Source of the DNA: an uncultured Actinomycetes bacterium
GTDB taxonomy: Bacteria > Actinomycetota > Thermoleophilia > RBG-16-64-13
Reading direction: 5' to 3'
Assembly (NCBI GenBank): GCA_963841735.1
Contig: CAWJDT010000004.1
Location: forward strand, 256,001-320,000
DNA: 64,000 bases
The notes under the pieces were generated by a model. That model was not told where the DNA came from and ran no database searches. It saw only the letters and a list, made by a program, of their open reading frames with translations. A program made the translations under genes and the position numbers. Below, piece by piece: positions 35,075 to 44,107 of this stretch. How positions within the stretch are numbered: the stretch's first letter is position 1; the number at the start of each line of letters is the position of its first letter.

Positions 35075-35149
35075 TCCTCGGTAGCTCAATGGTAGAGCAC
35101 CTGACTGTTAATCAGGGGGTTGCAGGTTCGAGTCCTGCCCGGGGAGCCA
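35075..35149 (+). tRNA. tRNA-Asn(GTT)
   Basis: TCCTCGG...CCTGA-CTGTTAA-TCAGG...GCCA. Confidence 0.96.
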
Positions 35150-35175
35150 TTCTTCTTGGAAAAGCGTGGCTCAGG

Positions 35176-35442
35176 CTAAGCGGCCACACCGAAGGACCGG
35201 CGACCGAAAACGTGGTCGGCTCCGTCTTCGGCGGAGATCTCGCAGCCACATTCTGAACACAAGAGAACATACGCTTCGGCAGCGCCAGGCATTGCGATGG
35301 TCGGAACCGGGTGCGACGATTGCCCGGAGTGTCGTATGGCGAGACGCGCTCCGCAGCACGGGCACGGATCACCAGCTCTGATCTGCGAGAGACATCTTCC
35401 TAACGTCTGAACCTGTGGGTGGGCTGTCTGCCCGTTCATCAC
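35176..35442 (-). CDS. Small hypothetical zinc-ribbon protein, coupled to lexA
   Basis: 88 aa with CPCC and CSEC motifs; start overlaps the lexA stop (GTGA) and follows SD GGAGG. Confidence 0.6.
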   Translation of the reverse strand: MMNGQTAHPQVQTLGRCLSQIRAGDPCPCCGARLAIRHSGQSSHPVPTIAMPGAAEAYVLLCSECGCEISAEDGADHVFGRRSFGVAA

Positions 35443-36056
35443 AGCCTCCTTAGCACCCCGGTGACCTTGCCGACAATGCGTGGATCTCTTGTGTAAATGG
35501 GATCCATATCGTCGTTCTCCGGCTGCAGTCTCACCTGATCCGCCTCCCGGAAGAAACGCTTGACGGTGGCGTCGTCTTCGATCATGGCCACCACAATGTC
35601 GCCATCGTTGGCGCTCTCCTGCTGCCTCACCACTACGATGTCGCCGTCGAGGATGCCGGCTTTCATCATCGAACTACCCGCGACTCGGAGCGCGAAACAA
35701 CTACCCCCGCCCCCAAGGAAACTCGGAACGTCTATGTAATCCTCGATGTTCTCTTCGGCCAGAAGAGGCGCTCCGGCGGCGACCCGGCCCATAACACCCA
35801 CCCGGGTCGATCCCGCGCTCTCAGGCGCGTACTCAGCCGGGCCACACGGCCTTACCACCTCCAAAGCCCGCCGCTTAGAGCTACCCCTGCGCACGTAGCC
35901 CATGGCCTCCAGAGCACTGAGGTGCCCCTGCACCGAGGCCGGAGACGAAAGGCCCACGGCCTTCCCAATCTCCCGCACTGTGGGCGGATAGCCCTGCTTT
36001 ATGACCGCCTCTTCGATTACCCGAAGAATACGCTGCTGTCTATCCTGCAGCTCCAT
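35439..36056 (-). CDS. lexA: SOS repressor LexA
   Basis: GYPPTVREI, GRVAAG cleavage site, GSSM (Ser) and ATVKR (Lys); ATG 36056 after SD GAGGAG. Confidence 0.96.
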   Translation of the reverse strand: MELQDRQQRILRVIEEAVIKQGYPPTVREIGKAVGLSSPASVQGHLSALEAMGYVRRGSSKRRALEVVRPCGPAEYAPESAGSTRVGVMGRVAAGAPLLAEENIEDYIDVPSFLGGGGSCFALRVAGSSMMKAGILDGDIVVVRQQESANDGDIVVAMIEDDATVKRFFREADQVRLQPENDDMDPIYTRDPRIVGKVTGVLRRL

Positions 36057-36070
36057 TGCATTCTCCTCGG

Positions 36071-36111
36071 TGAACATTCGTTCGTTGTTGGGATTATAGA
36101 ACAATTGTTCG
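36071..36111. promoter_or_regulatory. Two LexA (SOS) boxes flanking the lexA -10 element
   Basis: GAAC-ATTC-GTTC (36072-36083) and GAAC-AATT-GTTC (36099-36110); TATAAT on the minus strand at 36093-36098. Confidence 0.9.
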
Positions 36112-36148
36112 CCCCCAACAAGCCGGGCGATACCGGCCTCGCGCCCGG

Positions 36149-36177
36149 TTGACTCACCCAACCAACCGCCCTATACT
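36149..36177 (+). promoter_or_regulatory. Promoter for tRNA-Leu (and possibly the protease gene)
   Basis: TTGACT-17 bp-TATACT. Confidence 0.75.
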
Positions 36178-36198
36178 CACCGCTGCTCGCCCTTGTAT

Positions 36199-36283
<85 letters not shown>

Positions 36284-36335
36284 CCTTCCTTGAGGCACCC
36301 TGATTGGTCACCGTGTCAACGGATCGGAGGCCCTT

Positions 36336-38804
36336 ATGCCAAAACTCCCCGCCGAGCTCAAACCCGCCGAGATCTATCGTGCTTGTGACCCCGCGGCCTT
36401 CGGCTTCGTAACCACCGCCGAACTCGCCGACCTTGTAGAGACCATCGGTCAGGACCGTGCTGTCTCATCAGTGTCCTTTGGCATGGGCGTCCACAACGGC
36501 GGCTACAACATCTACGCCGCCGGACCCGCCGGCACGGGCAAATGCACCACCATCAACGAGTTCCTCTCCGGTGAAGCGGCGTCTCGCCCGGCTCCCGACG
36601 ACTGGGTCTACGTCAACAACTTCGTAACCCCCCACCGGCCCAACGCCATCCGCATGCCTGCCGGCAAGGCCAACGAGTTCCGCAAGGACATGGATAAACT
36701 CATCCAGGACCTACGGGCCGCCATCACCCAGGCCTTTGAAGGCGACGACTACGACAAGCAAAAGCGCGCCATCGCTCAGCAGGTATCCGAGAAACAGGAG
36801 GCCAAGCTAAGCGGGTTGAGCGACAAGGCCGAGGCCCAAAGAGTGACCATGGTGCGCACTCCGTCCGGATTGGCGTTCGCTCCCAAGACCCCTGAGGGTG
36901 AGACCATGTCTCGCGACGCCTACGACGCCCTCCCCAAGAAGGAACAGCAGCGTATCGACAACGCCCTCGAGGGGCTCAACGACAAACTGCAGCAAGTCAT
37001 GCGCTTGGTGAGGCAGGACGAGCGCGCAGGGCGTGAGGCGATGAGAGAGCTGGACCGAGACGTCACCACGTTCGCGGCCAAGCACCTAGTGGACGAAACC
37101 TGCGACCGCTGGTGCTCGAGCCCTGAGATGGTCGACCACCTTCACGCTGTGCTGTGCGACGTTGTCGAAAACGCCGACGACTTCAAGAAGTCCGACGAAG
37201 AGCAGCCGATGATGATCATGGGCATCCCCATCTCGGGGCGGCAGCGCAGTGAGGGAGCCTTCCGCAAGTACAAGATCAACGTATTGGTGGACAACTCAGC
37301 TGAGACCGGTGCTCCTGTGGTTACCGAGAGCAACCCCGTGCTCCAGAACCTCGTGGGACGCGTGGAACACCAGTCCCAGTTCGGCGCTCTGGTCACCGAC
37401 TTCAGCATGATCAAGCCAGGCGCCCTGCACAAGGCCAACGGAGGCTTCTTGGTGCTGGAGGCACGCGACGTTCTCACCAAGCCCTACTCATGGGATGCCC
37501 TCAAGAGAACCCTAAAGACCGGGGAGATCCGAGTGGAGGATGTGGCCCAGCAGATGGGCTTTGCCACCACCGCGACGCTTGACCCGGAGCCTATCCCCTT
37601 CAAGGCCAAGATCGTTCTCATCGGTGAGCCCTTCATCTATTACCTGCTGTTCTCCCAAGACCCGGACTTCCAAGAACTGTTCAAGGTCAAGGCCGATTTC
37701 GGTTCGGTGGCCGATCGCACTCCTCACAATGAGCAGCTCTACGCAGGCTTCGTCAGCCGCTTTTGCCGCCAGCACGAGCTGCCCCCCTTCTCGTCTGATG
37801 GGGTTGCGCGCGTGATCGAGCAATGCTCCCGCCTAGTGGAAGACCAGGACAGGCTGACCACGCGGTTCATGGAAGTGGGCGACCTTCTAACCGAGTCGTC
37901 CTATTGGGCACGCTATGGGCGCTCACCACGCAGCAGGGTCGTCGTCAAGCGCGAACACGTCCAGAGGGCTATCGACCACCGAATCTATCGCTCTAGCCAG
38001 CTCGAGGAGCGCGTAAGGGAGATGATCACCCAGGGCACCGTGATGGTGGACACTCGGGGCGCCGTTGTGGGGCAGGTAAACGGTCTTTCCGTCTCATCGC
38101 TCGGCGACTATTCCTTCGGCCGCCCCAGCCGCATCACCGCTACACACCGGCTGGGTGACGGCGAGTTGGTCGATATCGAACGCGAAGTCGAGATGGGTGG
38201 ACCCATCCACTCCAAAGGCGTGATGATCCTGGCCGGATATCTGGGAGCCAAGTACGCTGCCGACCGCCCCCTGTCGCTCAGCGCCCGTCTGGTCTTCGAG
38301 CAGTCGTACTCAGGGGTCGAAGGTGACAGCGCTTCCTCGGCCGAGCTGTATGCACTACTGTCGTCGCTCTCGGGCGTTCCTATCAAGCAGAGCTTCGCCG
38401 TCACAGGCTCGGTCAATCAACGCGGGCAGATCCAGGCGATCGGCGGCGTCAACGAAAAGATCGAAGGCTTCTTCGACTTGTGCCATGCCGTGGGGCTCAA
38501 GGGTGACGAGGCGGTCCTCATCCCCAAGGCCAATGTTCGCCACCTCATGCTCGCCGGCCGCGTGCGCCACGCAGTGGCGAAGGGGCGCTTCCACATCTAC
38601 CCCGTCTCCAACGTGGACCAAGGCATCTCGCTCCTCACAGGGGTCCCTGCGGGCTCCCTGAAGACCAACGGGACATATCCTGAAGGGTCGGTCAACCAGC
38701 AGCTGGTACAACGCCTTGGGGCCCTCACCGAGAGAGCGCGCGAAGCGGTCCATAAGAAACACGCCCAGAGTGCCCCCAAACCGCAAAAGGCACCCAGCTC
38801 TTAA
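36336..38804 (+). CDS. Lon-like protease, LonC/YcbZ type (peptidase S16 with AAA-like and coiled-coil domains)
   Basis: IGQDRA, GPAGTGK, DWVYVNNF, GALHKANGG, catalytic dyad EGDSAS (Ser) and GGVNEK (Lys). Confidence 0.9.
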   Translation: MPKLPAELKPAEIYRACDPAAFGFVTTAELADLVETIGQDRAVSSVSFGMGVHNGGYNIYAAGPAGTGKCTTINEFLSGEAASRPAPDDWVYVNNFVTPHRPNAIRMPAGKANEFRKDMDKLIQDLRAAITQAFEGDDYDKQKRAIAQQVSEKQEAKLSGLSDKAEAQRVTMVRTPSGLAFAPKTPEGETMSRDAYDALPKKEQQRIDNALEGLNDKLQQVMRLVRQDERAGREAMRELDRDVTTFAAKHLVDETCDRWCSSPEMVDHLHAVLCDVVENADDFKKSDEEQPMMIMGIPISGRQRSEGAFRKYKINVLVDNSAETGAPVVTESNPVLQNLVGRVEHQSQFGALVTDFSMIKPGALHKANGGFLVLEARDVLTKPYSWDALKRTLKTGEIRVEDVAQQMGFATTATLDPEPIPFKAKIVLIGEPFIYYLLFSQDPDFQELFKVKADFGSVADRTPHNEQLYAGFVSRFCRQHELPPFSSDGVARVIEQCSRLVEDQDRLTTRFMEVGDLLTESSYWARYGRSPRSRVVVKREHVQRAIDHRIYRSSQLEERVREMITQGTVMVDTRGAVVGQVNGLSVSSLGDYSFGRPSRITATHRLGDGELVDIEREVEMGGPIHSKGVMILAGYLGAKYAADRPLSLSARLVFEQSYSGVEGDSASSAELYALLSSLSGVPIKQSFAVTGSVNQRGQIQAIGGVNEKIEGFFDLCHAVGLKGDEAVLIPKANVRHLMLAGRVRHAVAKGRFHIYPVSNVDQGISLLTGVPAGSLKTNGTYPEGSVNQQLVQRLGALTERAREAVHKKHAQSAPKPQKAPSS

Positions 38805-38843
38805 CAATCGCCCCTGCGCCCGCCCCCACGGCCGGCACGAACT

Positions 38844-38872
38844 GCCCCCCGGCAGTCGCGCCGCCGGGGGGC
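38844..38872. terminator. GC-rich hairpin between convergent genes
   Basis: GCCCCCCGGC...GCCGGGGGGC stem; no U-tract. Confidence 0.5.
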
Positions 38873-38883
38873 GGGGAATGCGG

Positions 38884-41580
38884 TCAGGCCAGACGCTCCA
38901 CCTTGACGGCAGATGCGGCCCCAGCCTTTGCTGTTTGAAGCCGGCTGACGGGTGCGGTGGCACTGAAACCGGGCAAGAACACCAAGCCCTCAGGGACCCG
39001 CGCCGTCACACGCGCGATCACTTCCACTGCTCCGCCCGCCTGCCCTGTGACCCGCACTCTGTCGCCCTCCACCACGTTCGCTTTGGCGGCGTCTTGCGGG
39101 TTGATTTCGAGACAAGCCTCCGCCATCAGTTTGGTGATGCCCGCTGAGCGCCGTGAGCGCACGCCGGTCGCGTGATGACCGCGCGCTGAGCCCGTCAGCA
39201 AGAGCAGCGGGAAGACGGCGTCCCTCGAGGGCACCGAGACAGCCGTATCGACCGGAGTGAATACTGCCTTGCCGTTGCCGAACTGCTCGGCGAAGAGAAC
39301 CGGGGTGCTCCCCCCTTCTACGCCCAGACAAGGCCAGGCGAGACCTTCATCCTCAAGCTTCTCGTAGCTAACGCCTTTGTACTGCGGAGCCACGTCGGCG
39401 ATCTCACGCATAACATCCACAGGCGCCCCGTAGGCCCAGTCGGCCCCAAGGGAGTTCGCCACCGCCTGAATGATCTTCCAGTCGGGAAGACTCTCCGCCA
39501 GCGCCGGCACGGCCGCCCGGACCCTCTGCACGACGCGTTCGCCGTTGGTAAAGGTACCTTCGTCCTCGGCAGCAACCGCCGCGGGAAGAACCACGTCGGC
39601 GTAGACGGCTGTATCTGTAAGGAAGCTATCCTGGACTACGAGGAAATCCACCGTGTCGAGCGCCGCACGAACCACCTTCTCATCGGAGATCGCTAAGGCG
39701 GGGTCCGCCCCCACCACATACAGGATGCTCAGCCCACCGCCCTGCATCGCTGGGATCATCTCCGTCAACGAAACACCCGCGGCCAGACCTCCCAGCGAGA
39801 CGCCCCAGGCTGCTTCCAACCGAGCAACATCCGCGAGTGCGTCCGCCGCCACCCCGCCAGGGAGGCAAGCGGGACGGACACCCATGTCGGCCAGACCCTG
39901 AGAGTTGGCGCCACTGCGCAGAGGCACCACGCCGGCGCCGGGACGACCAACGTTGCCGGTAAGCAGAGCCAAGTCGGCCAGTGCAGCCACTGTGGCTGTT
40001 CCGGCCGGCCCCTGCACCGCGCCGGTGCCGTAGATGATGGTGGCCGCGGCGGCCTGGCCGAAGGCCACGGCCGCCTGGCGCAGCAGATCGGCATCCACCC
40101 CACACGCCGCCGCTTCCGCGGCGATATCCACCCCTACCAGGCTTTTCTCCAGAGCAGCGAAGTCCTCGGTACGTGCCCCGATGAGGTCCTTGTCCGTCAG
40201 GCCCGCGTCGACCAGATAGCGCATCATGGCCCGCAAGGCTGCGAGATCGCCTCCCGGTTTGACGGCTAGGTGAAACGCTGCTTTGCCGGCGAGTTCTGTG
40301 GCCCGCGGATCGATGACAATCACGGTCTTGCCCCCGCGCAGGGCCTTGATGACCTCAAGCGCCAGGACAGGATGCGATTCGGTGAGATTCGCTCCCACCA
40401 CCAGGATAACGTCGGCCTGAGCCAGGTCGGCGCGGCTGTTGGTCGCAGCCGCCACACCGAAGGCAGCACCCAATGCCGTCTCGGAGGCGATCTGCTCCTC
40501 GTGATCGATAGCGTCTACGTTGTTAGAGCCCACTACCGCGCGCATGAGCTTCTGCAGCAGGTAGGCCGCCTCGTTGGTGGCATGAGTGCCGCAGATGGCC
40601 CCCACAGCCTGGCCACCCTTGGCTTTCTTCACTGTGTTGATCTTATCCTTCACAAGTGCGAGCGCCGCTTCCCAAGTGCTCTCTTCGAGTTCGCCCTTGC
40701 CGTTTCGCACCAGCGGTTTGGTGAGCCGGTCAGGAGAGTCCGCGTAACCCATGCCAAACCGGCCCTTGATGCAGAGATTGCCCTGGTTGAGCCCCTTGCC
40801 CACCTCCGAGGCCACCTTGGTCACCCGGTCATGATAGCTGTGCAGCACCAGACGACAGCCGTCGGCGCAGTAGGAGCAGGTGCTGGTGGTCTTCTCGGTC
40901 TGCCACTCACGAGCACCCTGCGGTGCACGCTGCCCGACGATAGCGCCCACTGGGCACGTACTCACGCACTGCCCGCACGACACACAGTCGACCTCGGTGA
41001 GGGGCAACCGGTAGGGAGTATCCACCTCACTGTCGTAGCCCCGGTTGAGGTAGCCCCAGCAACCGATGGACATGACCTCGCGGCAGATGCGCACGCACCT
41101 GCCGCACAGGATGCAGCGCGCCCCAAAATGAGCCACATTGGGGTGCTCGCCCGGGCTCCCACTGACGGGAGCACGCCAGCCCCAAGGCACCATGTCCACC
41201 AGATATTCGTATGCATAATCCTGCAGACGGCAATCGCCCGCCGCCTCACACACCGGGCAATCCAGAGGGTGATTGGTGAGGAGAAGCTCCATGACGAACT
41301 TGCGGATCTTGACGATCTTCTCGGTGTGCGTCTGTACCTTCATGCCGTCTTTGATGGCGGTGCCGCATGACGCCATCGGCCCCCGCGCCCCTTCCACCTC
41401 CACTAGGCACATGCGGCACGCGCCGTAAGGCTCTAGCCGAGGGTCATTGCACAGCGTCGGGATCTCCATGCCGGCGGCGCATGCCACCTCAAGGATGGTC
41501 TGCCCCGTCTGCCCCTGGACCTCCCGCCCATTGATGGTCAGAGTAACCGTTTGAGCCACGGTGGTTTCGGCGGCGGACAT
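38884..41580 (-). CDS. FdhA/NuoG/SfrA-like Fe-S subunit with molybdopterin-oxidoreductase fold but no apparent Mo-ligating residue
   Basis: 2Fe-2S (IPTLC, CRMC), HPLDCPVC, 2x CxxCxxC, TCSYCADGC...LCIKG; NNVDAIDHEE where FDHs have NNVDxCAR(C/U)H. Confidence 0.85.
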   Translation of the reverse strand: MSAAETTVAQTVTLTINGREVQGQTGQTILEVACAAGMEIPTLCNDPRLEPYGACRMCLVEVEGARGPMASCGTAIKDGMKVQTHTEKIVKIRKFVMELLLTNHPLDCPVCEAAGDCRLQDYAYEYLVDMVPWGWRAPVSGSPGEHPNVAHFGARCILCGRCVRICREVMSIGCWGYLNRGYDSEVDTPYRLPLTEVDCVSCGQCVSTCPVGAIVGQRAPQGAREWQTEKTTSTCSYCADGCRLVLHSYHDRVTKVASEVGKGLNQGNLCIKGRFGMGYADSPDRLTKPLVRNGKGELEESTWEAALALVKDKINTVKKAKGGQAVGAICGTHATNEAAYLLQKLMRAVVGSNNVDAIDHEEQIASETALGAAFGVAAATNSRADLAQADVILVVGANLTESHPVLALEVIKALRGGKTVIVIDPRATELAGKAAFHLAVKPGGDLAALRAMMRYLVDAGLTDKDLIGARTEDFAALEKSLVGVDIAAEAAACGVDADLLRQAAVAFGQAAAATIIYGTGAVQGPAGTATVAALADLALLTGNVGRPGAGVVPLRSGANSQGLADMGVRPACLPGGVAADALADVARLEAAWGVSLGGLAAGVSLTEMIPAMQGGGLSILYVVGADPALAISDEKVVRAALDTVDFLVVQDSFLTDTAVYADVVLPAAVAAEDEGTFTNGERVVQRVRAAVPALAESLPDWKIIQAVANSLGADWAYGAPVDVMREIADVAPQYKGVSYEKLEDEGLAWPCLGVEGGSTPVLFAEQFGNGKAVFTPVDTAVSVPSRDAVFPLLLLTGSARGHHATGVRSRRSAGITKLMAEACLEINPQDAAKANVVEGDRVRVTGQAGGAVEVIARVTARVPEGLVFLPGFSATAPVSRLQTAKAGAASAVKVERLA

Positions 41581-43469
41581 CAGGACCTCCTAACAGCGTC
41601 GAAGCGGCACTTCTCATAGCACGCGCCACATTTGATGCATAGTTCTTTGTCGACTACATGGACTTCTTTACGCTCTCCTGTGATGGCGCCCGTCGGGCAC
41701 ACCCTCACACAGGCCCGGCAGCCCGTGCACTTCTCTGGATCGATGAAGTACGTCACCAGGGCCTTGCAGATACCCGCCCGACACTTCTTGTCGACTACGT
41801 GTTCCTCGAATTCGTCGCGGAAGTACTTGAGAGCGGTGAAAACCGGGTTGGGGGCCGTACCGCCCAACGCGCATAGCGAGCTAACCTTGACCTGTTCGGC
41901 CATCTGCTCAAGGAAGGTCACGTCGTCGAGTGTGCCCTTGCCGTCGCAGATCTTGGTCAAGATATCGAGCATCCGCTTTGTGCCTATGCGGCACGGAGGG
42001 CACTTGCCGCAGCTCTCCTGCTGGGTGAAGCCGAGGAAGTAGCGGGCTGTATCGACGATACAGTTGTCTTCGTCGATGACGATCATGCCGCCCGAACCCA
42101 CGATGGCACCGGTCTGGTTGATGGTCTCGTAGTCCACCGGAAGATCGAGTAGCGCCTCGGGCAGGCAGCCTCCTGAGGGCCCACCCATCTGCACGGCCTT
42201 GAACGTCTTGCCGTTCTTGACCCCTCCACCGATGTCGAAGATCACTTCACGCAGCGTCATGCCCATAGGGACTTCGGCCAGACCGGTCCGTTTGACCTTG
42301 CCCGCCAAGGCAAACACCTTGGTGCCCTTCGACCTCTCGTAACCACGGGATGCAAAGGCCTCCGCGCCATTGGTGATGATCCAGGGGACCACCGCCAACG
42401 TCTCGACATTGTTGATGTTGGTGGGCCGCTTCCACAGACCCGACTCGGCTGGGAACGGGGGTCGCAATCGCGGCATGCCGCGATTGCCCTCGATGGACTG
42501 CATGAGTGCGGTCTCCTCGCCGCACACAAACGCTCCCGCCCCCTCTTTGAGCTTGATGTGAAAGGAGAAGTCGGAACCCATGATGTTGTCGCCTATGAGC
42601 CCACGCTCCTCGGCGACTTTGAGACCGATCTTGATGCGCTTGAGCGCCAAGGGATATTCGGCCCGCACATACAGATAGCCGATGCTTGCTCCAATGGCAT
42701 ATGCGCCGATGGCCATGCCTTCGAACACGGCGTGCGGCTCGCCCTCCAGAGCCGAGCAGTCCATAAAGGCGCCCGGGTCACCCTCGTCGCCGTTACAGAT
42801 GAAGTACTTGATGCCGTCCGGCGACTGGTAGCCCGCGGCAAACTCCCATTTCTGCCCCGTGGGGAACCCGGCGCCCCCCCGCCCCCGAAGCCCCGAGCGT
42901 TTCATCTCGTCGATGACCTGGGCCGGGGTCATGCTCGACAGCGCCTTGTAAAGGGCCTGATAACCCCCAGCCTCCAAGTAGTCGTCGATGTCTTCTGGGT
43001 CGATGATGCCCACGTGGCGCAAGGTAAGCTTCTCTTGCTTGTCGTAAAACAGGTTGTACTCGGTGGGCCCCTGATCGCTCAGCACCAGCCACTTCTCGAT
43101 GGGCTCGCCACCGAGGATGTGCTTCTCCATGATCTCGGGCACCATAGCCGGAGTGACCTGGCCGTAGGTGACCTTCGAGTGCGAACCGTTGCGCCGCAGA
43201 TGGATCTCCACCAGGGGGTCCATGGCGCACAACCCCTGGCAACCGGTCCCGGTGACTGCAGCGGACCGCCCGGCGCAGGTGTCTTCCCGCGGCCGGATGA
43301 GGGCCAACACGCCCGTCTTCGCCACCTCTTCTTCAAAGGCCTTCAGGACTTCCCGACTGCCCGCGGCCACGCCGCCTGTGCCCAGACAGATGCGGATGTC
43401 CACCTCGGGAACCGTGAGGCAGGCCCTTTGCGCAGCAGGCTGGATGAGAGAACCGATGGCCGCCATCAA
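41580..43469 (-). CDS. HydB/NuoF-like NAD(P)H/FMN-binding subunit with C-terminal 2x[4Fe-4S]
   Basis: GLRGRGGAGFP, NGDEGDPGAFMD, GAFVCGEET, ESCGKCPPCRIG and C-terminal CTGCRAC/CIKCGAC. Confidence 0.92.
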   Translation of the reverse strand: MMAAIGSLIQPAAQRACLTVPEVDIRICLGTGGVAAGSREVLKAFEEEVAKTGVLALIRPREDTCAGRSAAVTGTGCQGLCAMDPLVEIHLRRNGSHSKVTYGQVTPAMVPEIMEKHILGGEPIEKWLVLSDQGPTEYNLFYDKQEKLTLRHVGIIDPEDIDDYLEAGGYQALYKALSSMTPAQVIDEMKRSGLRGRGGAGFPTGQKWEFAAGYQSPDGIKYFICNGDEGDPGAFMDCSALEGEPHAVFEGMAIGAYAIGASIGYLYVRAEYPLALKRIKIGLKVAEERGLIGDNIMGSDFSFHIKLKEGAGAFVCGEETALMQSIEGNRGMPRLRPPFPAESGLWKRPTNINNVETLAVVPWIITNGAEAFASRGYERSKGTKVFALAGKVKRTGLAEVPMGMTLREVIFDIGGGVKNGKTFKAVQMGGPSGGCLPEALLDLPVDYETINQTGAIVGSGGMIVIDEDNCIVDTARYFLGFTQQESCGKCPPCRIGTKRMLDILTKICDGKGTLDDVTFLEQMAEQVKVSSLCALGGTAPNPVFTALKYFRDEFEEHVVDKKCRAGICKALVTYFIDPEKCTGCRACVRVCPTGAITGERKEVHVVDKELCIKCGACYEKCRFDAVRRS

Positions 43470-43990
43470 CCCTTCGCCTCCCCGTTGCCCTCTATCTCAG
43501 CCCGGAAGGCATCGAATATCTCCACTGCCTTCTCAGGCGTCAACTTGCCGTGCGCACGATCGTTGATCATCACCACAGGCGCCATGCCGCACGCTCCCAC
43601 GCAGTGCACCTCTTCGAGGGCGTAAAGCATGTCCGGGGTGTTCTCGCCCGCTTTTATGCCTAAGTGCTTCTCGAGTTCGTCCGAGATGCGGGTCGCTCCC
43701 GACACATGGCACGCTGTGCCGTGGCAACAGCGGACGGTATGCGTCGCATGCGGGTGCAGCCTGAACTGCGAATAGAACGTGGCCACACCGAGAGCCATGC
43801 TGAGTGGTTCCCCGGCGGCCTCGGCCACCCGTCTCATCACCTCTTCGGGCAGATAGCCGAATATGGCCTGTGCGCCCTGTAGAAGGGGGACCAAAGCCCC
43901 CTGTTCCCCTCTGTAGTGATCGAGTAGATCTGTGAACTGTTGCTCTAGAGCCTGCTCTTCGGTGCCACCGGTCATTGCTTGGGATGTCAT
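43466..43990 (-). CDS. HydC/NuoE-like [2Fe-2S] subunit
   Basis: FGYLP, GVATFYSQF, CHGTAC and CVGACG. Confidence 0.92.
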   Translation of the reverse strand: MTSQAMTGGTEEQALEQQFTDLLDHYRGEQGALVPLLQGAQAIFGYLPEEVMRRVAEAAGEPLSMALGVATFYSQFRLHPHATHTVRCCHGTACHVSGATRISDELEKHLGIKAGENTPDMLYALEEVHCVGACGMAPVVMINDRAHGKLTPEKAVEIFDAFRAEIEGNGEAKG

Positions 43991-44107
43991 CTGATCAGTC
44001 CTCCGTAGGTCCGAGCTATTGTATCTCGGCAACCACAAATTGGTACAAGGATTTCATAAATACGGACATCACCGGGTGCAAGAGTCACTCTGGCTAGCGA
44101 GTGTCGC

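Noticed and set aside
40480-40540. Selenocysteine recoding in the FdhA-like gene
   Set aside because: No in-frame TGA; the ORF is open through the expected ligand position.
44040-44060. Rex operator upstream of the HydC-like gene
   Set aside because: Only one half-site (TTATGAA) resembles TTGTGAA-N4-TTCACAA; the other half matches poorly.
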